The translations under genes and the position numbers were made by a program. The notes beneath the pieces are model-generated. The model did not search any database and was not told where the DNA came from. It saw only the letters and a program-made list of their open reading frames with translations. From IMG/VR virus record IMGVR_UViG_3300020048_003770, positions 1-64,000 of that record: a stretch of 64,000 nucleotides of DNA. The stretch is one strand, 5' to 3'. This DNA comes from a virus. The number at the start of each line of letters is the position of its first letter. Position 1 is the stretch's first letter. Shown in pieces: positions 9,599 to 19,753 of the stretch.

Positions 9599-9821
9599 TT
9601 TTAATATCGCTCCTTTTTAATGTTGAATTGACATTTCGACTTGTTTTACTAGTCATTCCAACTTAACGTCAAAAACTCCTTTAAAAAGAAATATTTTATT
9701 ATAGAAACTGGAAAAGATGAGATTGAAAGTCAAGGAGTTGTCTGAAAACGATAGTGTTGAATAGTAATTATCAATATATTATTATTTAATGCCCGTTCAG
9801 CATTTAATTATCAAAATATTA

Positions 9822-10598
9822 TCACTTAAAATATTCTGGAAGATATTTCGGGTTCATTGTTGTTATGAAATTATTTACCCAAGTCTTAGTGAAATCATTT
9901 AAATCTTCGCATTTATCTACGACTAATTTCCCATTTATCAAATCTATTTTTTCTTCGATGTCGGTTAGATATATTTGATATTTCTCCAATGTAATTTCAT
10001 TTATCTCTGTTTCTGGAGTAACATTGAAAAATGACATTGAATCAACTACTTTTTCCACCAGATTGAAATATCGCTCAGACGGCAATGCGTTTTTATGGTT
10101 CAAAATTGCATTCAGATATCCTTGTATCTTTTTAGCTTTATTTTTAGCTTTAGGAATGTGTTTATAGGATTTCTTTTCTGGCAAGTATTTTTTGTAAAGT
10201 TCTTCTTTCAATATTTTAGCGTAATCATTTTCATATTTTTCATGACAATTTGCGCATAAGACAACAATATATTGGGATTTACGTGATTTCAGTTCATATG
10301 GAAAATGCTTTCTATATTCGTAGGGGATAATATGATGTTTGGTTAAGAGTTCAAGATTTGTTTCGCCACAAACGATACATTTATTTTCTCTTAAGTCTTT
10401 CAGGTATTCGGTTTTCTCGCCGTCTCCTTTAGGTTGGAAATTGAGTTTGATAATCAATGGATCTTCTTTCAATATAGTTGCTAGGTTTCTATTTAGATAC
10501 CATTTTGCTCTTTTTTCGAGGCATCTGAACATAAGGTCGCCGTTTGGATTTAGAACCTGACAATTTCCATAAATAAGTTGTTTTCTTTTTGCATGCAT
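9822..10598 (-). CDS. HNH endonuclease-like protein resembling the EXD2 HNH-like domain
   Basis: YGNC..L.P.G..MFRC..K.AKWYL, CIVCG, HHIIPYEYRKHFP, LCANCH. Confidence 0.75.
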   Translation of the reverse strand: MHAKRKQLIYGNCQVLNPNGDLMFRCLEKRAKWYLNRNLATILKEDPLIIKLNFQPKGDGEKTEYLKDLRENKCIVCGETNLELLTKHHIIPYEYRKHFPYELKSRKSQYIVVLCANCHEKYENDYAKILKEELYKKYLPEKKSYKHIPKAKNKAKKIQGYLNAILNHKNALPSERYFNLVEKVVDSMSFFNVTPETEINEITLEKYQIYLTDIEEKIDLINGKLVVDKCEDLNDFTKTWVNNFITTMNPKYLPEYFK

Positions 10599-10664
10599 AT
10601 TATATTATACAGGATTATTTTATTCAATCAAGGAATTATATGGTTTAAGATATGAAGGAGACAA

Positions 10665-11060
10665 ATGAGAATAATTAAAATATGTAGTGAAGATATATTG
10701 ACTAATTTTGAAAGACAAGATATGGCGAGCAATCCAGATAAAAAACCATCTAGAGAAGATTATAAGAAAGATTGGCTTCAAAGACATGAATCTCAATACT
10801 TAAAAAACGGCAAATGGACTTTTTATCACGCTACGCCAAGGAAAACGGCAAAATCCATTAGTTTTTTGAAGGCAGGCAGTTTATTGACGGATACTATTGA
10901 ACGAGCGATTCATTTTGCCAGTAGAGATAGGGATTTGAAGGAGAAAGATATTGTCGTTTTTGAATTGACGTTGAATCCAAATCAGTTTAACGCTGGCATG
11001 TTTCCTAGTATAGATGAGGATATTCCTTTAAATTCTGGCATAATAAGAGTTGTGCATTGA
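10665..11060 (+). CDS. hypothetical protein, possible ADP-ribosyltransferase-like fold
   Basis: FYHAT motif; MRIIKI N-terminus like other putative virion-targeted proteins. Confidence 0.45.
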   Translation: MRIIKICSEDILTNFERQDMASNPDKKPSREDYKKDWLQRHESQYLKNGKWTFYHATPRKTAKSISFLKAGSLLTDTIERAIHFASRDRDLKEKDIVVFELTLNPNQFNAGMFPSIDEDIPLNSGIIRVVH

Positions 11061-11169
11061 AAAAATCGGTGAAAATGCACAGATTAAAAACTGTGGTCCA
11101 CATAATTTAAAATGATGTATAATGAAACTGTTGAAGAAAAATAATTGTAATAATAGCGTCGAATTTATA

Positions 11170-11530
11170 AAGCAGGAGACGAACCCTGACGGACAAGGGG
11201 GGGAACTCAAAGCCCGTAAAAAGGCATCAGTCAAATTTGTAATGAATACGTTTCTGCGGGAGCCTGCGGCGTCAGAGACTGATGAATAGAGGTATGCACG
11301 AACGACTCAAGTCTCAAAGGCAGACCAACCAAATAATCTCCCGATGCTCAATTGTACAATTCATATGGTAATGTTACGGCGGTCAAGAGCTAGGAGACCA
11401 AAAGTGTCCCGATGCGATTGGAGAGAATTGGGTGGCGTAACAGAGAAATGATAGGAAAAATTCAGTGTTTTTTCTAATAGGGAGAGGTGTCCTCCAATCT
11501 AAGAACTCAAGGCAGTTTAAAATGCCTTTA
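11170..11530 (+). ncRNA. Candidate structured ncRNA upstream of HNH gene
   Basis: About 360 nt without a credible ORF, GC-richer than flanks, ends in hairpin AAGGCA-GTTTAAAA-TGCCTT. Confidence 0.35.
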
Positions 11531-11543
11531 AAAGGATTAAACT

Positions 11544-12032
11544 ATGAAAATTGAATGTAAAACTGGAGAAATTGTTAATTCTTTAGATAAATATTATCAA
11601 ACCATACACTGGAAAAATATAATTAGAACCTATATGGAATCTGATTTATCAAAAAGATGTTTTCATTGTAAAAAAGAATGTATACCGGTGAAATTTCATC
11701 ATAGGACAAAGAAAAGATTAGGTAATGAGAAGTTAACCGATATAGTCCCATTATGCTCTAATTGTACAGAATTTAAATTATCCAATAGTAAAAAGAAAAC
11801 AGAACGGCATGAATTATGTAAATTTGGTTTTAACAAAAACATGTCGGAAGCGCAAAAAAACAAGATATTGTCAATAGAACCTAAATTAAGGGGTAATGTC
11901 CTGTCTAAATATTATTCAAGGATAGCTGGCAAATACAATCCGAGTCAGACATGGATAAACAATCAAGTGAAATTGACATGTAAATGGATAAAAAAGCAAG
12001 AGAAAGAGTTAATGTTCGCGAATTTTGTATAA
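11544..12032 (+). CDS. HNH endonuclease
   Basis: CFHC...HHRT.KRLGNE...LCSNC. Confidence 0.75.
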   Translation: MKIECKTGEIVNSLDKYYQTIHWKNIIRTYMESDLSKRCFHCKKECIPVKFHHRTKKRLGNEKLTDIVPLCSNCTEFKLSNSKKKTERHELCKFGFNKNMSEAQKNKILSIEPKLRGNVLSKYYSRIAGKYNPSQTWINNQVKLTCKWIKKQEKELMFANFV

Positions 12033-12055
12033 TATGGAAAATATTTGGAGGTTTT

Positions 12056-12955
12056 ATGAGACGGCGATTATTTATTCTTTTGTTTTTATTTCCTTGTTTA
12101 ATTAGTGGAAAAGAGTTGCAGATTTCCATAAACAATGATGTATTTAGTGAGACTGATAATTATTATACTCATGGAACGGTTATTTCTTATCTATCCGACC
12201 ATGAACCTAGAGAGCATTGGTTATTAAACAAAGATACAGTTGCAGAAAGGATTTCGATTGGGCAATATATATATACTCCTAGTGACATTGAAATCCAAGA
12301 TCTAATTGTTGATGACAGACCTTATGCGGGATTGTTATATTTGAATGGGATATCTTATTTTAAATCTGAAAATAGGACGAGATCTTTTTCAACATTAATT
12401 GGTATTGTTGGTGATATGTCATTGGCCGGATATGCTCAGAAAACAGTGCACAAAGCCATTGGATCTAAAAAACCTATGGGATGGGATAATCAACTAGATA
12501 ATGAGGTTGTATTGAATGTTGCATATACTCAAAATAATCGTATATATTCGAACAATTATATGGACTTATCAATTTATCATGGTGGCTCATTAGGAAATCT
12601 TAATACCCAATTACTTATCGGAAGCATGATCCGTGCAGGTTTTGATAAATTTAGTTATTGTGATCTTGTTAATTTTGAGCCTATCCCAAAACGTAGCGTT
12701 ATGTGGTATAATTTTAATATTTTCCTAGCGATGGACCAAAGGGTTGTAGCTCATAATATCTTGTTAGACGGAAATACGTTTTCAGAAAGTCATAGTGTGG
12801 ATAAGGAATATTTAGTGAGCGAATTAATGTATGGTATTAGTTATCGTTATGGTAATTGGAAAACAATTTATTCTAGTCATATTCGGAGTAAAGAGTTTGA
12901 AGGTCAGAAAGATAATTTTTCATTTGGGACATTGAGTATCGTTTATTGTTGGTAA
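12056..12955 (+). CDS. lpxR: Lipid A 3-O-deacylase LpxR-family outer membrane protein
   Basis: Signal peptide; NDVF..DNYYTHG, IGQYIYTP, DRPYAG, GWDNQL, terminal aromatic residue. Confidence 0.85.
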   Translation: MRRRLFILLFLFPCLISGKELQISINNDVFSETDNYYTHGTVISYLSDHEPREHWLLNKDTVAERISIGQYIYTPSDIEIQDLIVDDRPYAGLLYLNGISYFKSENRTRSFSTLIGIVGDMSLAGYAQKTVHKAIGSKKPMGWDNQLDNEVVLNVAYTQNNRIYSNNYMDLSIYHGGSLGNLNTQLLIGSMIRAGFDKFSYCDLVNFEPIPKRSVMWYNFNIFLAMDQRVVAHNILLDGNTFSESHSVDKEYLVSELMYGISYRYGNWKTIYSSHIRSKEFEGQKDNFSFGTLSIVYCW

Positions 12956-12959
12956 ATAA

Positions 12960-13313
12960 ATGTATAATAAGATTATGGACAAAAAACCTAGAAATATAAC
13001 GGAGTTTTCTATTATGAAACAAGAAGAAACAACGATAAATCTATCAGAACCAACAAACGTCCCAGATATTCCGATGATGACTGCTGGTGACGAAGAAATT
13101 CCAGAGACAGTATCATTAACGCGAAATGATTTTAAAGCGTTAATGCGGACAAAATACTTTGACTTGAAAGATAAATACAAAAAAGCATATATATTGAAGA
13201 ATAAAAAGACTGGTGCTGTTGCAGAGATACAGGCTTTATCTTCCGTCCATGCTTGTAGTTTCATAGGATGGAGACCAAAGAATGTTACAATCATAGATAC
13301 AATAAACGCTTAA
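12960..13313 (+). CDS. hypothetical protein
   Basis: 117-aa ORF in operon. Confidence 0.6.
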   Translation: MYNKIMDKKPRNITEFSIMKQEETTINLSEPTNVPDIPMMTAGDEEIPETVSLTRNDFKALMRTKYFDLKDKYKKAYILKNKKTGAVAEIQALSSVHACSFIGWRPKNVTIIDTINA

Positions 13314-13335
13314 AAAGGAGAATCTTAATAACACA

Positions 13336-13860
13336 ATGCAACCATTCATAATAAATAAACGTACCAATTTCAGTGTCGTTAAACTTATTGACCAAGATTT
13401 GAAATTTCATGATAAAGTCTATATAGCAGATGCAATTAAAAAAGCTACAGAAGAACGTTTAGATTTAGTTTGTTTCCAGTTACCTTCTGATAATCAATTG
13501 GCGTTATGTAAGATTCTTGATTATGGAAAGTGGAAGTATAGAGAAGAAAAGAACAAGAAGAAAGTAGCGGCTAAAGTTATATCGGAAGTTAAAGAGATTA
13601 GATTTACGCCGGTTATAGGTGATAATGACGTTGATCATAAATTAAAACAGGTATTTGATTTTCTCGAAGAAGGGCATGAAGTTTTAATGGTTATGCAATT
13701 TAAGGGGATATATCGTCGTCATTTTGAGATTGGTGAAGAAAGAATGCAGTTCATATTGGATAAATGTAAACATGTTGGTGAAGTGGTAAACTATAAAAAG
13801 ATGAATAATCAAATTATGGTTAGGATGAAGAAACAAAAAGTAAAAAAGGAGGAGAAATGA
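13336..13860 (+). CDS. infC: Translation initiation factor IF-3
   Basis: LDLV...CKILDYGKWKY, VKEIRF.P.IG.ND...K, FLEEG. Confidence 0.92.
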   Translation: MQPFIINKRTNFSVVKLIDQDLKFHDKVYIADAIKKATEERLDLVCFQLPSDNQLALCKILDYGKWKYREEKNKKKVAAKVISEVKEIRFTPVIGDNDVDHKLKQVFDFLEEGHEVLMVMQFKGIYRRHFEIGEERMQFILDKCKHVGEVVNYKKMNNQIMVRMKKQKVKKEEK

Positions 13861-14372
13861 AAAGAGTAATGAGTTCGGTTGTGGCGGCTGTTGTTTTGTC
13901 GGCATTAGTAGGTTGTACTGTAAATACGGATAGTGCAAAGATTATTGCTCAGAGTACTGGAATGGGGGCAGCAGTTACATGGATTGCATACGATAATCCT
14001 GATACTGCCGTAAAGGGATTAGTAAAAGATACATTATCTATGGTTCAGACTAATCTCTCATTGGTAACAGAAGGCAAAACGTACACAGAAGTTATTTATC
14101 CTATTGTAATTGAATTTACGAAGGGGATAGAGGCTAGATATATTCCGTTGGTTTTAACAGGAAGTATTGCGATATTGAATGGCATAGATATCTTGTTTGC
14201 GACGAATCCAGAGTGGAAAACGAAAACGGAATTGGCGTTTGATATTTCTAATTCGTTTATTAATGGCGCAAAGATTGGACTGTCATTAGGAAATAATGAT
14301 CCTGCTATTCTACAGGCTAAGGAAATGTCTAATAAGCGAGAGGCAATTAGAAAACAATATTCTGTTGAATAA
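13857..14372 (+). CDS. Lipoprotein
   Basis: Lipobox LVGC after hydrophobic signal. Confidence 0.7.
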   Translation: MKRVMSSVVAAVVLSALVGCTVNTDSAKIIAQSTGMGAAVTWIAYDNPDTAVKGLVKDTLSMVQTNLSLVTEGKTYTEVIYPIVIEFTKGIEARYIPLVLTGSIAILNGIDILFATNPEWKTKTELAFDISNSFINGAKIGLSLGNNDPAILQAKEMSNKREAIRKQYSVE

Positions 14373-14386
14373 TTGGTATGTTTTTG

Positions 14387-14423
14387 AAAGACGGATAAGT
14401 TGAAATATTTATTCGTCTTTTTT
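14387..14423 (+). terminator. Intrinsic terminator
   Basis: AAAGACGGATAA/TTATTCGTCTTT plus U tract. Confidence 0.75.
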
Positions 14424-14441
14424 ATTGAAAAGGAGTGAATT

Positions 14442-14915
14442 ATGAGTATAAAAGTTAAGATTAAGAAGATTACAGACGATCCTGATTTTATTTATCCATC
14501 TTATGCCCATGATGGTGATTCTGGCATGGATGTATATTCTTTGGAAGATATTTGGTTGCCAGAAGGTTCAACTCATTTGTTTAAATTGGGATTTGAAGTT
14601 GAATTTCCTAAGGGTTACGAGATTCAAGTTAGATCAAAAAGTGGGTTGGCGTTGAAGGAAGGTTTGGTTGTATTAAATTCTCCAGGTACAGTCGATCAAA
14701 GTTACCGTGGATGTTTGGGTGCCATTTTGCATAATATTAAAAAGAAAAATGAACCTTCTACGGATGAATCTTTAGTGAGTACCAAATTTATCAAGAAAGG
14801 TCAGAAGATTGCTCAGATAGTTTTATGTCCTGTTATTGAATGTGAATGGGAAAAGGTTGAAGAATTGAATGAAACAAATCGTGGCGAAGGTGGCTACGGT
14901 TCAACTGGTGTGTAA
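14442..14915 (+). CDS. dut: dUTPase
   Basis: GDSGMD, RSKSG, GTVDQSYRG, KIAQ, RGEGGYGSTG. Confidence 0.95.
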   Translation: MSIKVKIKKITDDPDFIYPSYAHDGDSGMDVYSLEDIWLPEGSTHLFKLGFEVEFPKGYEIQVRSKSGLALKEGLVVLNSPGTVDQSYRGCLGAILHNIKKKNEPSTDESLVSTKFIKKGQKIAQIVLCPVIECEWEKVEELNETNRGEGGYGSTGV

Positions 14916-14924
14916 AGGAGTATT

Positions 14925-15731
14925 ATGGCAAATTTCGTAGAACCAAAAGTATATAGGATTGCAGAAACACAACTTAATGACGATGATGTTTTAGCTTGGC
15001 TACAGGATATTGGTGGAGATGAATGTTTAGCTCATGTGGAAGGTGAAGATAAGGAAAAGTTAATTGAGTTATGTGGAAGAAGATGCTACAAGAGTTACAA
15101 AGAGGGTCTAAATCCTAATGTCAATAGAATTAGGAAGAATAGCGAAGAATATCATGAGAATGTAAAGAAGTCTAGACATGGTTCTATTATGGAACACGCC
15201 AATGTAACTTTTGCGATTGAAAATGTAAGTCGTGTAGTTACTCATGAGATTGTTCGTCATAGAGTTGGAACAGCATTTTCGCAAGAAAGTCTTCGATACG
15301 TTAGACTTACTGATATAAACATGTATTTCCCTAAGGTTTTTTCAGAATTTGGGGAAGAAAAGGAAAGAATGGTGCGTGAGTTAGCTTTAAATGCTATGAA
15401 AAATGCAGAGCAAACTCAAAAAGATTTAATGGCAATATTTGAAAATGAAATGCAGTCTGATTTTGCTTTAAAGAAAAAACTAACTTCATCATTTAGAAGA
15501 TTTGCTCCTATTGGCTTGGCTACTGGAATTATAATTACTGTTAATTTCAGGTCTGCACGTCATATATTGGAGATGAGAAGTTCTGAACACGCTGAAGAAG
15601 AAATTATTACTGTAGCAGATCAGATGATGGATTTTATGATTAAGGATTATCCTATGTTGTTTGGCGATTACAAGTCTCGTGATTTAGGCAGTGGATTGAT
15701 AGAATACATAACTGATTATCCTAAAGTTTAA
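14925..15731 (+). CDS. thyX: FAD-dependent thymidylate synthase
   Basis: HGSIMEH, RHRVGTAFSQESLRY. Confidence 0.95.
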   Translation: MANFVEPKVYRIAETQLNDDDVLAWLQDIGGDECLAHVEGEDKEKLIELCGRRCYKSYKEGLNPNVNRIRKNSEEYHENVKKSRHGSIMEHANVTFAIENVSRVVTHEIVRHRVGTAFSQESLRYVRLTDINMYFPKVFSEFGEEKERMVRELALNAMKNAEQTQKDLMAIFENEMQSDFALKKKLTSSFRRFAPIGLATGIIITVNFRSARHILEMRSSEHAEEEIITVADQMMDFMIKDYPMLFGDYKSRDLGSGLIEYITDYPKV

Positions 15732-16104
15732 GAAAAAGGATATTGATTCTTTTTTTTGAATATATCTTTAGTGATTTAAAAAGATACAAATAATTCATGA
15801 AAGGTAAATGATAAAATGACTTTTTCACAATATAGTTTAGAACAGATAGAGTCTTTAACAAAAGATGATGCAATTTATAATCAGTTAGAACATCTTTTAG
15901 AACAAGATACTGACGAATTAGAAAACTTGAGAAAAGTCGCTAAAATCATGATTAAAGAGTTTGAATTGTCATATAAGGAATGGCAAAAAGTTATGTTTAT
16001 ACTTAAGTTAGCCAAAAGTTGTCATGAGTAAAATAGCCCATTTTGATTATTTAGGTGAAGATATGTTTTTTGAAAGATTAAAACAATCATTTTAAAAAAA
16101 AGCT

Positions 16105-18657
16105 TTGTCTCAAAGTATTTTAGATCAACTATCATTATGGAATCAGAGTTTCAGTACTAATCCTTCAGAAGAGTCTCTTGTTAAACTTAGGAGGATTTTA
16201 GGAGAAATAAATCAAGATTTTGATAAAATTTCATATGTGATTAGAAAAGGATTCCGTTCCTTTTCAGAGGATCTTATTCCAATGGCGAGAGAAGTTTTGC
16301 CATTGATTAACAATATCGATGTTATGAAAAATTTATTAGATCAAACAAAATCGTTTCTTGAATCTAATAAAGCTTCATTAATGCAAATAGATGCTAATCG
16401 AACAATTGATGAAAACGCAGGATATTTTGCTCAACAAGAAATAAAGAACCGTCTTTTATCAGATAATCTATGGAGAGTGGCAGATTATTTAATTACCTCT
16501 TTACAAAATACCAATATATCAAATAAACATATTCAGTTTATTAATAAAATTGCCTCTAATGAGATGGGTAGCGTAGTAGAAAAAATAGAAGAGGCAGATG
16601 AGGAAAGACAGGGCAAAATTCAAAAGCAAACGATGTATTCAATTTCTAATGCTAGTGAGTTGACTTTAAAAGTATTACGCGAAACGCTACAAAATGCATC
16701 TGATGCGGTTTTAGATAGTAGTCTTTTGAATTCGGGAAATTATACGCCTACAATAGAGGTTTTTACTAATACATTTGCTTTAGACGAACCTGATGAAAAA
16801 GCAATGGATCTTGTCGTTAGAGACAATGGAATAGGAATGGATGTCGATACTCTCAGGAATAAATTTTTTGTATGGTTCGCAACTGGAAAAGAAGAAAAGA
16901 AGGGTGATACTGGTGGATTTGGTATTGGTAAAAGATTGATTTTAGAAACACCAGAACAAGGTTGGTCAATAGCTACGAGAAATAATTTTTCCAATAAATC
17001 TTCTAGAAACTCTTATTTGTCGAGGAATAAACATGAAGTTGTTGATGATTTGGATTTATATTTCCCAAAGGTTGAAGCAAAAAACGGAACGACTTTAGCT
17101 TTATATTATTTGCCAGCAACTCAAAGTTATACAATAGAAACACTTTGTAAATCATATGCTACAAACTCTAGATTGAAAATAATACTTAATGGCATTCCAA
17201 TAGTTCCTGCTTTTCCAATTGATAAATTACAATTAATTGAATCTGGAGGAGATGCTATTTCTACTTTAGTTAGTAAGAACGAATATCAAGAAGGAATTGT
17301 AAAAGATTTAGTAAATAAGCAAGGACAAGATTTTTTAAATAATTTAGGAGGATTACATTTTGATCATGAAGGTAGCTCGACAGATGTAAAGTTTTATGTC
17401 GCTCCCGCTTCAGATGGTTTTTCTTCGGGTAAATCTTATTTTATGATGAATGGTAATTATCAGTTTAGTCGTAATGCGAATTTTCCAAAGGTGAATATAA
17501 TTTGTGATATTAGGAGTACAGCTAGACCAGATGATTCAGGATATCCTATGGATCAAAGTCGAGATAACGTAAGAGAACCATATAATTCTCAAATAGATAG
17601 TGTATTGGGAAAAGTCAAAGTTCTTTTAGAACAAATAACTAAAAGTCAAATTTTTCAAGATGGTCTAGAGATATATACTGTTAATGGAACTAGTTCTCCA
17701 TTAAGTACATCAACATCAAAAAAACAAGATGGTAAAGATAAATTATTACATTTCATGGGTCATTCAGATCTATTTAATAAAGAGAAATCTAGCAAACAAG
17801 AAATAATTCAAAGCGTTCAAGAAGCGATAAGAGTTTCAGACAGCCCTGAAAAAGTCAAGATATTACAGGGATTAGTTAATACCGTAAGAGAAATGGATGA
17901 CGATAAAATAATAAAACATGATGATTTGGGTACAATTTTAGACGGATTATCTACGCCATGTAATATTAATATTCAAAAGAATTTTGTTTCTAAAGAAATT
18001 GCCTATCAACGAGTAGATTTGACAAAAAATCTTATAATATTATGGAAAGAGATTATTGAGCTTATTATAGGACAATCTAATTTTATGGTTGGAAGGTGGG
18101 ATGAGAAAGAATATATTCCTGGATTGATATATTCAGATGAAGCGCTTGCCTTGTATTCTCCACCTTCGCATGGGAGTACGTTTCATTGTCTATCAATAAA
18201 TCCGATAAGTGTAGCCGCTATGTTAAATCCTTCAAGATTTGAAAAGGTTATCAGACAACAAAAACCAGAAACTTTCAAGGATCAAGTTCAATTTGAAGAA
18301 GAAAGTAATATAAAAACCGACAATACTCCAACAATTAAACTTACCAATATGTTATATCATGAAGCGGTGCATGAAGTAACTCACTTTCTATTCCCAGATG
18401 CTTCTTACGATATGGTGAATTTTCATAAATATATAACAAAAATTGAATATTTATGTGCTCCCATTTATGATGATATAAGGTTGGCTGTAAAAAGATATTT
18501 ACAAGGAATTAAGAAAGATAGTAATGAATTAATAACGCAAATGAAAAAAGACATGAATAATAAAAATGTTGAATCGTCTGTGAAAAATAAATTGACAATT
18601 AAAATGTCTAAAAAGAAATGGGAATCTATTGGTAAAATAGCAGGATGGATTTATTGA
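16105..18657 (+). CDS. GHKL (HATPase_c) ATPase with C-terminal HEXXH motif
   Basis: RETLQNASDA, DNGIGM, GGFGIG; HEAVHEVTH; C-terminal KMSKKKWESIGKIAGW. Confidence 0.8.
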   Translation: MSQSILDQLSLWNQSFSTNPSEESLVKLRRILGEINQDFDKISYVIRKGFRSFSEDLIPMAREVLPLINNIDVMKNLLDQTKSFLESNKASLMQIDANRTIDENAGYFAQQEIKNRLLSDNLWRVADYLITSLQNTNISNKHIQFINKIASNEMGSVVEKIEEADEERQGKIQKQTMYSISNASELTLKVLRETLQNASDAVLDSSLLNSGNYTPTIEVFTNTFALDEPDEKAMDLVVRDNGIGMDVDTLRNKFFVWFATGKEEKKGDTGGFGIGKRLILETPEQGWSIATRNNFSNKSSRNSYLSRNKHEVVDDLDLYFPKVEAKNGTTLALYYLPATQSYTIETLCKSYATNSRLKIILNGIPIVPAFPIDKLQLIESGGDAISTLVSKNEYQEGIVKDLVNKQGQDFLNNLGGLHFDHEGSSTDVKFYVAPASDGFSSGKSYFMMNGNYQFSRNANFPKVNIICDIRSTARPDDSGYPMDQSRDNVREPYNSQIDSVLGKVKVLLEQITKSQIFQDGLEIYTVNGTSSPLSTSTSKKQDGKDKLLHFMGHSDLFNKEKSSKQEIIQSVQEAIRVSDSPEKVKILQGLVNTVREMDDDKIIKHDDLGTILDGLSTPCNINIQKNFVSKEIAYQRVDLTKNLIILWKEIIELIIGQSNFMVGRWDEKEYIPGLIYSDEALALYSPPSHGSTFHCLSINPISVAAMLNPSRFEKVIRQQKPETFKDQVQFEEESNIKTDNTPTIKLTNMLYHEAVHEVTHFLFPDASYDMVNFHKYITKIEYLCAPIYDDIRLAVKRYLQGIKKDSNELITQMKKDMNNKNVESSVKNKLTIKMSKKKWESIGKIAGWIY

Positions 18658-18754
18658 AAATAGTTCTTGCTTTTTGAAATAAAATGGTATAATATACATA
18701 CAACGATTAAATAAAAAGAGGAATTTGAAAGAAAATAAAGAAACATAACAGGTA

Positions 18755-18844
18755 ATGAAAATGAACATAAATACAATCCATATCCCAGAACATATTGAGA
18801 TTCCCGAACCTATTGGTAAGGGTTATGGATGTGTTATGTCGTAA
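18755..18844 (+). CDS. Ile/His/Pro/Glu-rich attenuator leader peptide MKMNINTIHIPEHIEIPEPIGKGYGCVMS
   Basis: Codons 8-20 only I,H,P,E; followed by terminator and tRNA-His, -Ile, -Glu, -Pro. Confidence 0.88.
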   Translation: MKMNINTIHIPEHIEIPEPIGKGYGCVMS

Positions 18845-18866
18845 TTAGTAACATATCAATTAACAG

Positions 18867-18901
18867 AAACCCTTGCCGATAAAAGTCAGCAAGGGTTTTT
18901 T
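18867..18901 (+). terminator. Attenuator terminator 2
   Basis: AAACCCTTGC/GCAAGGGTTT plus U tract; 5' arm pairs alternatively with leader TTGGTAAGGGTT 18813-18824. Confidence 0.9.
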
Positions 18902-19080
18902 ATTGGAAAAATTAGGTTTAAAAATATGAAAAAGAAGATAAAAGATGGTAGCACTGAATGTTTTGGATTGTTAAGATTGTTAGTCTCAAGCGGTAAAGAA
19001 AGATTTGCGAAAACGACTATGAAAGAGATGCGTGAATATGGTAAAAAAATGGCGAAATGTATAGAGAGGATTTAAGTAAT

Positions 19081-19172
19081 GGTAATAGTGATGGAATTGG
19101 CTAAACATGCTAGACTGTGAATCTAGTGAGTTATAAAAACTCTTGCGGGTTCGAGCCCCGTCTATTACCCCA
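19081..19172 (+). tRNA. tRNA-His(GTG) with long variable arm
   Basis: G-1, acceptor GTAATAG/CTATTAC, C73, arm CTAGA-CTGTGAA-TCTAG, variable stem GAGT...ACTC. Confidence 0.88.
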
Positions 19173-19186
19173 ATTTTAGGAGAATT

Positions 19187-19546
19187 ATGAAAGACATGGA
19201 AAGAAAAGAAATCAGAGTTGAATTGGGAGACGTAGACTCATCTTATTTTGACGGAACTATAGACGATGTTATTGCGAGATTGAAGGCGTTAAAAGAAAAG
19301 TATTCAGATTATTCTATCTTAGACATTAGTTCTGAAGTCGGTTATGGATATTATGATAGCACTTTTGTTAAGTTTTCGTTAAGTGGAATAAGAATGGAAA
19401 CCGATGCAGAGTTTGAAAAAAGAACAGATGATTTGAAAAAGGCTAAGGAGGCGGCGAAGAAAAGGAAAATAACGATGTCTCAAAGGCAAGAGGAAAAAGA
19501 TAGGAAAGAATTCGAGAGACTGAAAGCTAAATACAAAGAGGAATAA
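19187..19546 (+). CDS. hypothetical protein
   Basis: AGGAG RBS; lies inside tRNA cluster. Confidence 0.65.
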   Translation: MKDMERKEIRVELGDVDSSYFDGTIDDVIARLKALKEKYSDYSILDISSEVGYGYYDSTFVKFSLSGIRMETDAEFEKRTDDLKKAKEAAKKRKITMSQRQEEKDRKEFERLKAKYKEE

Positions 19547-19548
19547 TT

Positions 19549-19740
19549 ATGAAAAAGTTTTGGAAAGAGTTTTGGATGGAAGATGTTAGAGAAATCACTG
19601 TTAATGCAACGATATTGATTGAAAATGCATTAAAAGAATTCAATATTGTGTTGACAGAGAAAGAAGAAGACGATATACATAATAAGATATGGGAAGTTTT
19701 AGAAAAAAGAAGTAATGGAGATTATCAAAATCATATGTGA
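19549..19740 (+). CDS. hypothetical protein
   Basis: 63-aa ORF with RBS. Confidence 0.5.
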   Translation: MKKFWKEFWMEDVREITVNATILIENALKEFNIVLTEKEEDDIHNKIWEVLEKRSNGDYQNHM

Positions 19741-19753
19741 ATGATATAAAAAC

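Noticed and set aside
11170-11530. RNase P RNA or IscB omega RNA
   Set aside because: Conserved P4 motifs not found; downstream ORF lacks IscB RuvC and PLMP features.
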